Part shown: positions 1 to 8,012 of the stretch, piece after piece | How positions within the stretch are numbered: the first letter of the stretch is position 1 | Layout: each line of letters opens with the position of its first letter | Source: a virus | DNA: 21,416 bases | Reading direction: 5' to 3' (one strand) | UHGV virus genome: UHGV-1738141 | The notes under the pieces: model-generated | Database searches by the model: none | What the model saw: the letters and a program-made list of their open reading frames with translations, nothing else | What the model was told of the DNA's origin: nothing | Position numbers and translations under genes: made by a program

Positions 1-54
1 GAACAGGAAATTTGGGATCAGATAGAAAAAGACCTTACGTTTGCAATGGAGAAA

Positions 55-76
55 CCCGCCGCTGAGCGGTTTTTTT
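55..76 (+). terminator. Putative rho-independent terminator (short GC stem ccgc/gcgg, 3-nt loop, run of 7 T)
   Basis: Seen in sequence: ccgc-tga-gcgg at 59-69 followed by ttttttt at 70-76. Probably ends an upstream gene truncated by the window edge. Confidence 0.4.
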
Positions 77-198
77 GTACCTGTAAACTTGGTGCAGTAC
101 AGTAAACACGCTGGTGGTCGTGAATACTGACTTTTTATCTTGCTGGCTTTTTAGACAAGAGTTATTGGTATGTCATGTTAACCAGAAGGGGAAAAGAC

Positions 199-402
199 AT
201 GCTAAAACAGCAAGATATGACAGAAACCGCCGCCGCAGTCCTTCATTTCTTACCTGCTGACAAGTGGGTAACGCCACGCATGATGACGAGAACTACCGGA
301 GTAAGCGAAGCCCGGTGCCAGTTAATACTGACCCAGTTAGTTCTGGCGGGTCTGGCGAAGGGTAACGGCGGGTACGGGAATAAATTCAGACGCTGCCAGT
401 AA
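199..402 (+). CDS. Small (67 aa) putative winged-helix DNA-binding protein, PapI/FaeA-like
   Basis: ATG at 199 preceded by agaagggg (185-192); track ORF 175-402 trimmed to this start. Segment TTGVSEARCQLILTQLVLAGLAKG resembles the recognition helix and wing of small PapI/FaeA-type regulators. Family assignment is by pattern recall only. Confidence 0.45.
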   Translation: MLKQQDMTETAAAVLHFLPADKWVTPRMMTRTTGVSEARCQLILTQLVLAGLAKGNGGYGNKFRRCQ

Positions 403-552
403 TGGCGGTTTCCTGCTGTGAAAATGGGCGGCTGGTGGGTGTTGGTAGCACCTGCCAGCCATTCGCTCATGCTTACTGGTCACAAGCGAACCACGGCCCA
501 CTGCTTTAGCGCAAAAGCAGAGTGAGCCTACCAGAGTTACGCTTACTGATCC

Positions 553-1605
553 ATGAAAAACACTGTAAAAATAAACAGTGTTGATTTAATCAACGCTGAT
601 TGCCTGCATTTTATTCAGTCCCTGCCTGATGATTCCATTGACCTGATTGTTACCGATCCGCCGTACTTCAAGGTGAAACCCAACGGCTGGGACAATCAGT
701 GGAAAGGGGACGAAGATTACCTTAAGTGGCTGGATCACTGTCTGGCCCAGTTCTGGCGGGTGTTAAAACCTGCTGGAAGCCTTTACCTGTTCTGTGGGCA
801 TCGCCTGGCATCTGATATTGAGATCATGATGCGTGAACGTTTCAACGTGCTTAACCATATCATCTGGGCGAAGCCGTCCGGACGTTGGAATGGGTGTAAT
901 AAAGAAAGTCTGCGCGCATATTTTCCTGCCACAGAGCGCGTTCTGTTTGCTGAACATTACCAGGGGCCATATCGCGGCAAAAGTGACGGCTATGCGGCAA
1001 AAGAAAGGGAACTCAAACAGCACATAATGGCACCGCTGATATCGTATTTCAGGGATGCTCGTGCCGAACTGGGTATAACGGCAAAACAAATTGCCGAAGC
1101 CACAGGTAAGAAAAATATGGTTTCCCACTGGTTTGGTGCCAGTCAGTGGCAGTTGCCGAATGAGGCTGACTATCGGAAGTTACAGGCACTGTTTTCCCGT
1201 ATAGCGGCAGAGAAGTTTCAGGAACAACAACTGGAACAACCACACCACCAGCTGGTGGCATCTTATGATTCACTGAATCGCAAATATTCTGAATTGCTGG
1301 ATGAGTTTAAATCTCTCCGGCGCTATTTCTCCGTATCAGTCTCCGTGCCTTATACCGATGTCTGGACGCATAAGCCCGTTCAGTTCTACCCGGGTAAACA
1401 TCCGTGCGAGAAACCGGCGGATATGCTCCGGCAAATAATCAATGCCAGTAGTCGACCTGGTGATCTGGTTGCTGATTTCTTTATGGGATCCGGTTCCACA
1501 ATAAAAGCAGCAATGGCGCTGGGGCGTCGGGCGTTAGGTGTTGAACTTGAGTCAGAGCGGTTTAATCAGACGGTGAAAGAGGTAAGTGAACTGGTGGGGA
1601 AATAA
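553..1605 (+). CDS. DNA methyltransferase, beta-class amino-MTase (N6-adenine or N4-cytosine), YhdJ/phage Dam-like, with a central HTH-like insert
   Basis: Motif IV DPPY (IVTDPPYF) lies N-terminal and motif I FxGSGST (FFMGSGST) C-terminal, the circular permutation typical of beta-class MTases. The ~120 aa between them contains an HTH-like stretch GITAKQIAEATGKK. No restriction endonuclease partner is visible nearby. Confidence 0.85.
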   Translation: MKNTVKINSVDLINADCLHFIQSLPDDSIDLIVTDPPYFKVKPNGWDNQWKGDEDYLKWLDHCLAQFWRVLKPAGSLYLFCGHRLASDIEIMMRERFNVLNHIIWAKPSGRWNGCNKESLRAYFPATERVLFAEHYQGPYRGKSDGYAAKERELKQHIMAPLISYFRDARAELGITAKQIAEATGKKNMVSHWFGASQWQLPNEADYRKLQALFSRIAAEKFQEQQLEQPHHQLVASYDSLNRKYSELLDEFKSLRRYFSVSVSVPYTDVWTHKPVQFYPGKHPCEKPADMLRQIINASSRPGDLVADFFMGSGSTIKAAMALGRRALGVELESERFNQTVKEVSELVGK

Positions 1606-1612
1606 TTCTGGT

Positions 1613-1636
1613 GGCCACGTTGCGTGGCCTTTTTAT
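1613..1636 (+). terminator. Rho-independent terminator between methyltransferase and holin
   Basis: Perfect 7-bp inverted repeat ggccacg / cgtggcc (1613-1619 / 1623-1629) with loop ttg, followed by tttttatttcc. Confidence 0.55.
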
Positions 1637-1681
1637 TTCCAACACAGCACCCGCAAATATCGCGAGGTGAGAGATGACGAA

Positions 1682-2017
1682 ATGCCTCATAACCCAAATA
1701 CCTGGCCGGACTGGCTGGAGTTGTTTCAGAGCTGGTGGCGTGGAGACACACCGCTGGGTGCAGTGATTATGTCGATCGTTATGGCTGGTTTGCGCATCGC
1801 CTATTTTGGCGGTGGTGGTGGCTGGAAGCGAAAAACGCTCGAGATTTTGCTCTGTGGCGCTCTGACGCTGACCTTTGCATCCGCTCTTGAGTATGTCGGA
1901 TGGCCTAAATCACTTTCTGTTGCCATTGGTGGCGGCGTGGGGCTGATCGGTGTCGATGCTATTCGTGGGGCTGCAATGCGAGTAATCGGTAACAAGTTTG
2001 GTGGCTCTAAGGAGTAA
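1682..2017 (+). CDS. Holin, lambda S family (class I, three predicted TM segments)
   Basis: Start moved to in-frame ATG 1682 with gaggtgag RBS at 1665-1672; track ORF begins at 1586 inside the terminator. Hydrophobic segments GAVIMSIVMAGL, LLCGALTLTFASAL and SVAIGGGVGLIGV with a charged C-tail; sits directly upstream of the R-like endolysin. Confidence 0.75.
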   Translation: MPHNPNTWPDWLELFQSWWRGDTPLGAVIMSIVMAGLRIAYFGGGGGWKRKTLEILLCGALTLTFASALEYVGWPKSLSVAIGGGVGLIGVDAIRGAAMRVIGNKFGGSKE

Positions 2018-2020
2018 TTT

Positions 2021-2497
2021 ATGCAGGTACTAAATTCCCAGCGTAAAGCTTTCCTCGATATGTTGGCGTGGTCAGAAGGAACGGATAACGGGCGACAGCC
2101 AACCCGCAATCACGGCTACGACGTTATTGTAGGTGGTGAGTTATTCACGGATTACTCCGATCACCCTCGCAAACTTGTCACGCTAAACCCCAAACTCAAA
2201 TCAACAGCAGCCGGACGTTACCAGCTTCTTTCCCGTTGGTGGGATGCCTATCGTAAGCAGCTTGGCCTGAAAGACTTCTCTCCAAAAAGCCAGGACGCTG
2301 TTGCACTGCAGCAGATTAAGGAGCGTGGCGCTTTACCGATGATTGATCGCGGTGACATCCGTCAGGCAATCGACCGTTGCAGCAATATCTGGGCTTCACT
2401 GCCGGGCGCTGGTTATGGCCAGTTCGAGCATAAGGCTGACAGCCTGATTGCAAAATTCAAAGAGGCTGGCGGAACGGTCAGAGAGATTGAGGTATGA
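2021..2497 (+). CDS. R: Endolysin, lambda R-type lytic transglycosylase
   Basis: Translation ([21 protein letters not shown]...[31 protein letters not shown]...) closely matches phage lambda R as I remember it. aaggag RBS precedes ATG 2021. Confidence 0.9.
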   Translation: MQVLNSQRKAFLDMLAWSEGTDNGRQPTRNHGYDVIVGGELFTDYSDHPRKLVTLNPKLKSTAAGRYQLLSRWWDAYRKQLGLKDFSPKSQDAVALQQIKERGALPMIDRGDIRQAIDRCSNIWASLPGAGYGQFEHKADSLIAKFKEAGGTVREIEV

Positions 2498-2961
2498 GCA
2501 GAGTCACCGCGATTATTTATGCTCTGGTTATCTGCATCATCGTCTGCCTGTCGTGGGCGGTCAATCATTACCGTGATAACGCCATCGCCTACAAAGAACA
2601 GCGTGATAAAAAAGTCAGTGAGCTGAAGCAGGCGACCGCCACCATTACTGACATGCAGATGCGTCAGCGTGATGTTGCTGCGCTCGATGCAAAATACACG
2701 AAGGAGTTAGCTGATGCGAAAGCTGAAAATGATGCTCTTCGGCGCAAGCTTGATAATGGTGGTCGGGTGCTCGTCAAAGGAAAATGCTCTGTGCCATCCT
2801 CAGCCGAAACCTCCAGCGCCTCCGGCATGGGCAATGATGCCACCGTCGAACTCTCTCCAGTTGCTGGACGAAACGTTCTCGGTATCCGGGACGGAATCAT
2901 CAGAGACCAGACAGCACTGAGAACGCTTCAGGAATATATCAGGACGCAATGCCTTCGATGA
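2494..2961 (+). CDS. Rz: Rz i-spanin (inner-membrane spanin subunit)
   Basis: N-terminal TM anchor [30 protein letters not shown] followed by coiled-coil-like region, closely resembling lambda Rz at the N-terminus. ATGA overlap with the R stop. C-terminal third diverges from lambda. Confidence 0.85.
   Translation: MSRVTAIIYALVICIIVCLSWAVNHYRDNAIAYKEQRDKKVSELKQATATITDMQMRQRDVAALDAKYTKELADAKAENDALRRKLDNGGRVLVKGKCSVPSSAETSSASGMGNDATVELSPVAGRNVLGIRDGIIRDQTALRTLQEYIRTQCLR
2714..2920 (+). CDS. Rz1: Rz1 o-spanin (outer-membrane lipoprotein), embedded in the +1 frame of Rz
   Basis: Signal peptide with lipobox ([19 protein letters not shown]), proline-rich mature region [11 protein letters not shown], and its own aaggag RBS at 2701-2706. 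Embedded architecture as in lambda Rz/Rz1. Confidence 0.8.
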   Translation: MRKLKMMLFGASLIMVVGCSSKENALCHPQPKPPAPPAWAMMPPSNSLQLLDETFSVSGTESSETRQH

Positions 2962-3135
2962 TAGCGATAATTTTACTCATCATCCTTCACATTTGGCTCT
3001 GTAGACAGGGTGGTGATCACTTCTGGAGTGAATCCAGATTAAATATCTCATTGCTGATGCTTGATATTGAGCATCTTGCGCGCGGTAAGGGGCTGCGTTG
3101 AGATAAGAGCCAGTCATTACAAATACCAGGATTTA

Positions 3136-3158
3136 GCCTCGTATTCGCGGGGCTTTTT
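3136..3158 (+). terminator. Rho-independent terminator downstream of the lysis cassette
   Basis: Stem gcctcg / cggggc (one G-U wobble), loop tattcg, followed by ttttt (3154-3158). Confidence 0.5.
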
Positions 3159-3170
3159 ATTGTCATTACA

Positions 3171-3196
3171 AAAGCCACTCCCTACAGAGTGGCTTT
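3171..3196. terminator. Perfect 9-bp hairpin flanked by A and T tracts (possible bidirectional terminator or regulatory stem-loop)
   Basis: aaagccact (3171-3179) and agtggcttt (3188-3196) are exact reverse complements with an 8-nt loop ccctacag. Confidence 0.35.
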
Positions 3197-3324
3197 GATA
3201 ATGGTTTATACCCTACACGGGATAACTTAACTGATATCCCTTTTAACGGATAAACGGAGCCAACAATGGCAGAGAATGTCGGCATTATGGCAGTTAAATT
3301 TGGATAAATCGGAGATTAGTACAT

Positions 3325-3675
3325 ATGCCGCCACGAATCCCGAAAGCCTGCCGTGCTCGAGGTTGCCGTAATACCACCACTGACCCGTCAGGCTATTGCG
3401 AAAGCCACAAAAGCGAAGGCTGGAAGCAATACAAACCTGGACAATCCCGTCATCAGCGCGGCTACGGTTCGAAGTGGGACAGTATCCGCGCGCGTGTCCT
3501 GAAGCGTGACAAAGGCCTGTGTCAGTTATGTCTGCGTTCTGGTGTGGTGCGTGAGGCGAAAACTGTTGACCACATCATCCCTAAAGCGCATGGCGGCACT
3601 GATGCTGACAGTAATCTGCAGAGTCTGTGCTGGCCGTGTCATAAGGCGAAGACGGCCCGTGAACGGTTAAAGTGA
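3325..3675 (+). CDS. HNH endonuclease (terminase-associated type)
   Basis: N-terminal Cys cluster (C..C...C), HNH-type motif DHIIPKAHGG...N, C-terminal CWPCH zinc ligands. Located immediately upstream of the small terminase gene as in HK97-like cos phages. Confidence 0.85.
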   Translation: MPPRIPKACRARGCRNTTTDPSGYCESHKSEGWKQYKPGQSRHQRGYGSKWDSIRARVLKRDKGLCQLCLRSGVVREAKTVDHIIPKAHGGTDADSNLQSLCWPCHKAKTARERLK

Positions 3676-3701
3676 TAATAATTCTCAACTGTCTGAGGGG
3701 A

Positions 3702-3760
3702 GGGGCGGGTCAAATCCCTGTGACCTGACGTCTTCCGGACTGCCCGCCCCATCGTTTTTT
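3702..3760. promoter_or_regulatory. GC-rich inverted repeat plus T-run between HNH and small terminase; candidate cos/terminase recognition region or terminator
   Basis: ggggcggg (3702-3709) and cccgcccc (3743-3750) are exact reverse complements separated by 33 nt, followed by ttttttt (3754-3760) and preceded by gggg/agggg runs. Confidence 0.3.
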
Positions 3761-3800
3761 TATACCCGCGAAAAATGAAATTTAACCAGGAGTGCCGCAT

Positions 3801-4286
3801 ATGGCTGGAACGGCGGGGCGTTCCGGGCGTCGCCCCAAGCCAACGGCGCGCAAGGCGCTGGCCGGAAACCCCGGCAAGCGAGCCCTGAATAAAGATGAAC
3901 CTGTTTTTACGCCCATCAAAGGTGTTGAGCCACCGGAGTGGTTCGCTGAAGAAGATCTCCCTCTCGCCACGATCATGTGGCAACTGACAACCAAAGAACT
4001 CTGCGGTCAGGGCCTGCTGTGCGTGACTGACCTGGCGGTACTTGAGCGGTGGTGTGTGGCCTATGAATTCTGGCGACGTGCCGTGAAAAATATTGCCAGA
4101 CAGGGCAACACCATCACCGGTGCAATGGGCGGCATGGTCAAAAATCCGGAGCTGACCGCCAAAAAAGAACAGGAGTCCGAGATGAGCAGCACGGGGGCAA
4201 TGCTCGGACTCGACCCCAGCAGCCGCCAGCGTCTGATTGGCCTGGCGGGGAAGAAGAAAGCCACTAACCCGTTTCTGACAATCTGA
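3801..4286 (+). CDS. Terminase small subunit (P27-family-like)
   Basis: Start at ATG 3801 with aggag RBS at 3788-3792; track ORF begins at GTG 3792. Basic N-terminus [13 protein letters not shown] and position immediately upstream of the large terminase. Confidence 0.75.
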   Translation: MAGTAGRSGRRPKPTARKALAGNPGKRALNKDEPVFTPIKGVEPPEWFAEEDLPLATIMWQLTTKELCGQGLLCVTDLAVLERWCVAYEFWRRAVKNIARQGNTITGAMGGMVKNPELTAKKEQESEMSSTGAMLGLDPSSRQRLIGLAGKKKATNPFLTI

Positions 4287-4299
4287 AAATCATCGAATC

Positions 4300-6033
4300 A
4301 TGAGCCGGAAATCTTACCCCAACGTAAATGCAGCCAATCAGTATGCCCGTGATGTCGTGCGCGGAAAGATTGTGGCCTGCCAGTTTGTGATTCAGGCCTG
4401 CCAGCGCCATCTTGATGACCTGATGGCGGAAAAAAGTAAGTCGTTTCGTTACCGCTTCGACAAGGACCTGGCTGAACGGGCCGCCAAATTTATTCAGCTG
4501 TTGCCGCATACCAAGGGTGAGTGGGCATTCAAACGGATGCCCATCACGCTGGAGCCGTGGCAGCTCTTTGTGATCTGCTGTGCGTTTGGCTGGGTCAATA
4601 AAGGTACCCGGCTGCGCCGCTTCCGGGAGGTGTATACCGAAATCCCCCGTAAGAACGGCAAATCGGCAATCTCTGCCGGTGTCGCCCTGTATTGTTTTGC
4701 CTGTGATAACGAGTTTGGCGCGGAAGTGTATTCCGGTGCCACGACAGAGAAACAGGCGTGGGAAGTCTTTCGCCCGGCGCGACTGATGTGTAAACGCACA
4801 CCCATGCTGACGGAAGCGTTCGGGATTGAGGTTAACGCCTCAAACATGAACCGTCCGGAGGATGGCGCGCGGTTTGAACCGCTGATCGGTAACCCCGGTG
4901 ATGGTTCATCACCCCACTGTGCGGTGGTGGATGAATATCACGAGCACGCCACCGATGCGCTTTATACCACGATGCTTACCGGGATGGGGGCGCGACGTCA
5001 GCCACTGATGTGGGCCATCACCACCGCCGGGTACAACATTGAGGGGCCGTGCTACGACAAGCGGCGGGAAGTTATCGAGATGCTCAACGGTTCGGTACCC
5101 AACGATGAACTGTTCGGGATCATCTATACCGTTGACGAAGGCGATGACTGGACCGACCCGCAGGTGCTGGAAAAAGCCAACCCGAATATTGGCGTGTCGG
5201 TTTATCGCGAATTTTTGTTAAGTCAGCAGCAGCGTGCGAAAAATAACGCCCGTCTGGCAAACGTCTTTAAAACAAAACACCTCAATATCTGGGTGTCGGC
5301 GCGTTCGGCGTATTTCAACCTGGTGAGCTGGCAGAGCTGCGAGGATAAATCACTGACCCTTGAGCAGTTCGAGGGGCAGCCGTGCATTCTGGCCTTTGAC
5401 CTGGCGCGTAAGCTGGATATGAACAGCATGGCGCGACTTTATACCCGCGAGATTGACGGTAAAACGCATTACTACAGTGTGGCCCCGCGTTTCTGGGTAC
5501 CGTATGACACGGTGTACAGCGTCGAGAAAAATGAAGATCGCCGGACAGCCGAACGCTTTCAGAAATGGGTGGAAATGGGCGTTCTGACTGTTACCGCTGG
5601 TGCGGAGGTGGATTATCGCTACATCCTCGAGGAGGCCAAAGCGGCGAACAAAATCAGCCCGGTCAGTGAGTCACCCATCGACCCCTTCGGGGCGACCGGG
5701 CTGTCGCATGACCTTGCTGATGAAGACCTGAACCCCATCACCATCATTCAGAACTACACCAACATGTCCGATCCGATGAAAGAGCTGGAAGCGGCGATTG
5801 AATCGGGGCGCTTTCATCATGACGGCAATCCCATCATGACCTGGTGTATCGGCAACGTGGTCGGCAAAACCATTCCGGGTAACGATGATGTGGTGAAGCC
5901 TGTCAAGGAGCAGGCGGAAAACAAAATCGATGGTGCGGTTGCACTGATTATGGCGATCGGTCGGGCAATGCTCAAAGAACCCGACGATTTCCTCTCATCT
6001 CTTGATCCGGACGATGTTCTCTTAATTCTATGA
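4300..6033 (+). CDS. Terminase large subunit (ATPase + nuclease)
   Basis: 577 aa with deviant Walker A-like [10 protein letters not shown], acidic motifs (VVDEYHE) and a C-terminal nuclease-like region; canonical position between small terminase and portal. Confidence 0.9.
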   Translation: MSRKSYPNVNAANQYARDVVRGKIVACQFVIQACQRHLDDLMAEKSKSFRYRFDKDLAERAAKFIQLLPHTKGEWAFKRMPITLEPWQLFVICCAFGWVNKGTRLRRFREVYTEIPRKNGKSAISAGVALYCFACDNEFGAEVYSGATTEKQAWEVFRPARLMCKRTPMLTEAFGIEVNASNMNRPEDGARFEPLIGNPGDGSSPHCAVVDEYHEHATDALYTTMLTGMGARRQPLMWAITTAGYNIEGPCYDKRREVIEMLNGSVPNDELFGIIYTVDEGDDWTDPQVLEKANPNIGVSVYREFLLSQQQRAKNNARLANVFKTKHLNIWVSARSAYFNLVSWQSCEDKSLTLEQFEGQPCILAFDLARKLDMNSMARLYTREIDGKTHYYSVAPRFWVPYDTVYSVEKNEDRRTAERFQKWVEMGVLTVTAGAEVDYRYILEEAKAANKISPVSESPIDPFGATGLSHDLADEDLNPITIIQNYTNMSDPMKELEAAIESGRFHHDGNPIMTWCIGNVVGKTIPGNDDVVKPVKEQAENKIDGAVALIMAIGRAMLKEPDDFLSSLDPDDVLLIL

Positions 6034-6191
6034 AATCACTAATTGCTGATGTTATCGGGTTGGCTGGTTTTGGCCTGCTTACGTGCGGGTTTTACCTGCA
6101 GTTTGGTATGGCTCCGGCTCTGATGCTGTCCGGCGGTTTACTGCTGGTGGGCGCACTGGCTATGGCCAGAAGGGGGACGCGTGCTGCTTGA
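6030..6191 (+). CDS. Small (53 aa) hydrophobic ORF, putative two-TM membrane protein, absent from the ORF track
   Basis: My translation: [56 protein letters not shown] overlaps the terminase stop (ATGA) and the 3' end overlaps the portal start. Coding status unproven. Confidence 0.35.
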   Translation: MKSLIADVIGLAGFGLLTCGFYLQFGMAPALMLSGGLLLVGALAMARRGTRAA

Positions 6192-7407
6192 TGCTCTGTT
6201 CAGAAGTAAATCACTGGAGAATCCTTCCACCCCGATAACCGGGGATGCCGTTGATACTGATGGGCTGTTCCGGGCAGACGTTTATGTCAGTCCTGAAACT
6301 GCGATGAAACTGGCTGCGGTGTATTCCTGTATCTATGTCCTGTCTTCCAGCCTTGCCCAGATGCCGTTGCATGTTATGCGCAGGCACAATGGGAAGGTTG
6401 AGCCCGCACGCGATCATCCGGCGTTTTATCTGGTTCATGATGAGCCCAATACCTGGCAAACCAGTTACAAATGGCGCGAACTGAAGCAACGTCACATCCT
6501 TGGCTGGGGGAATGGGTATACCTGGGTGAAACGTAATCGTCGCGGTGAAGTCATATCCCTGGATTGCTGTATGCCGTGGGAAACGACGCTGATGAATACT
6601 GGTGGCCGATACACCTACGGTTTGTACAACGAATATGGGGCGTTTGCGATCAGCCTCGACGATATGATCCACATCCGTGCGCTGGGTAATAATCAGAAGA
6701 TGGGGCTGAGTCCGATTATGCAACATGCCGAAACAATAGGCATGGGGATGAGCGGTCAGAAATACACAGAAAGCTTCTTCAGCGGTAATGCCCGTCCGGC
6801 GGGGATAGTATCCGTTAAAAGCGGACTCAATAAGGACAGCTGGGGCTGGCTTAAAGATCAGTGGCAGAAGGCATCGCAGGCGTTACGCAGCCAGGAAAAC
6901 AAAACCATGCTGCTGCCAGCCGATCTGGATTACAAGGCACTGACTGTGTCGCCAGTTGACGCTCAGATCATTGACATGATGAAACTGAACCGTTCAATGA
7001 TTGCCGGTATTTTCAATATTCCTGCGCACATGATTAATGACCTCGAAAAAGCCACCTTCTCCAATATTTCTGCGCAGGCGATTCAGTTTGTCCGCTACAC
7101 GATGATGCCGTGGGTGACGAACTGGGAGCAGGAGCTTAACCGTCGCTTGTTTACCCGCGCTGAGTTAGCCGCCGGGTATTACGTCAGGTTCAATCTGACG
7201 GGGCTTTTACGCGGAACTCCGCAGGAGCGCGCGCAATTCTATCACTTCGCTATTACCGATGGATGGATGAGCCGTAATGAGGCCCGCGCATTCGAGGATA
7301 TGAATCCGGTTGAAGGGCTGGATGAGATGCTGGTAAGCGTGAATGCTGCTAACCCGGCAGGAGATTTTAAGCCCCCAAAAAAAGATGAGGGAAAAACCAA
7401 TGAATGA
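6181..7407 (+). CDS. Portal protein, HK97 family
   Basis: 408 aa; N-terminal region with AVYSCIYVLSSSLAQMPLHV resembles the conserved HK97-type portal N-terminus. Probable GTG start with agaaggggga RBS; lies between terminase and prohead protease. Confidence 0.85.
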   Translation: MLLDALFRSKSLENPSTPITGDAVDTDGLFRADVYVSPETAMKLAAVYSCIYVLSSSLAQMPLHVMRRHNGKVEPARDHPAFYLVHDEPNTWQTSYKWRELKQRHILGWGNGYTWVKRNRRGEVISLDCCMPWETTLMNTGGRYTYGLYNEYGAFAISLDDMIHIRALGNNQKMGLSPIMQHAETIGMGMSGQKYTESFFSGNARPAGIVSVKSGLNKDSWGWLKDQWQKASQALRSQENKTMLLPADLDYKALTVSPVDAQIIDMMKLNRSMIAGIFNIPAHMINDLEKATFSNISAQAIQFVRYTMMPWVTNWEQELNRRLFTRAELAAGYYVRFNLTGLLRGTPQERAQFYHFAITDGWMSRNEARAFEDMNPVEGLDEMLVSVNAANPAGDFKPPKKDEGKTNE

Positions 7408-8002
7408 CCGTGAAATCCGTTGTTACAGCGGTGAGGTGCGTGCTGAGCGGCATGACGATAACCCTGCGCACATTATCGGTTATGGATCGGTGTTTGACTG
7501 TCGTTCTGAGCTGATATTTGGTTCATTCCGCGAAATCATCCGGCCCGGCGCTTTTGACGATGTGCTTGGTGATGATGTACGCGCACTGTTTAACCACGAT
7601 CCTAATTTTATTCTTGGGCGTAGTGCAGCAGGCACGCTGAATCTTTCAGTTGATGAGCGCGGATTGCGCTATGACATCCAGGCTCCGGAGACACAGACCA
7701 TTCGTGATCTGGTGCTGGCCCCGATGCAACGTGGAGATATTAACCAGTCATCTTTTGCTTTCCGTGTCGCCCGTGACGGCGAGGAGTGGTATCAGGATGA
7801 GGACGGGGTTGTTATTCGCGAGATAACCCGCTTTTCCCGTCTGCTGGATGTCAGTCCTGTGACATATCCTGCCTATCAGGAGGCTGACTCGGCTGTTCGC
7901 TCCATGAAAGCATGGCAGGAGGCGCGCAACAGCGGCGCGCTACAGAAAGCCATTAATCAACGTATGGCGCGTGAGCGCGTCCTGACCCTTCTTAACGCGT
8001 AA
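7400..8002 (+). CDS. Prohead maturation protease, HK97 family
   Basis: Start set at ATG 7400 (MNDREIRC...) with GAGG RBS at 7387-7390, overlapping the portal stop. Size and position between portal and capsid genes are typical of HK97-family prohead proteases. Confidence 0.8.
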   Translation: MNDREIRCYSGEVRAERHDDNPAHIIGYGSVFDCRSELIFGSFREIIRPGAFDDVLGDDVRALFNHDPNFILGRSAAGTLNLSVDERGLRYDIQAPETQTIRDLVLAPMQRGDINQSSFAFRVARDGEEWYQDEDGVVIREITRFSRLLDVSPVTYPAYQEADSAVRSMKAWQEARNSGALQKAINQRMARERVLTLLNA

Positions 8003-8012
8003 AGGAAACATC

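Noticed and set aside
763-1128. Reverse-strand ORF (121 aa) inside the methyltransferase gene
   Set aside because: Entirely antisense to a well-supported forward gene with clear MTase motifs; no RBS; Cys/Arg-rich low-complexity translation typical of spurious antisense frames.
1586-1681. Upstream in-frame extension of the holin ORF (start at 1586), which could encode an antiholin-like longer form
   Set aside because: The extension overlaps the MTase 3' end and the terminator hairpin and has no RBS; ATG 1682 has a strong gaggtgag RBS. There is no lambda-style Met-Lys-Met dual start.
3186-3324. Tiny ORFs in the lysis-terminase gap (e.g. MVYTLHGIT, MAENVGIMAVKFG)
   Set aside because: Each is under 15 codons, without convincing RBS or composition; treated as chance ORFs in non-coding DNA.
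6211-6726. Reverse-strand ORF (171 aa) inside the portal gene
   Set aside because: Antisense to the portal coding sequence in a moderately GC-rich region where long spurious antisense ORFs are expected; no recognisable domain.
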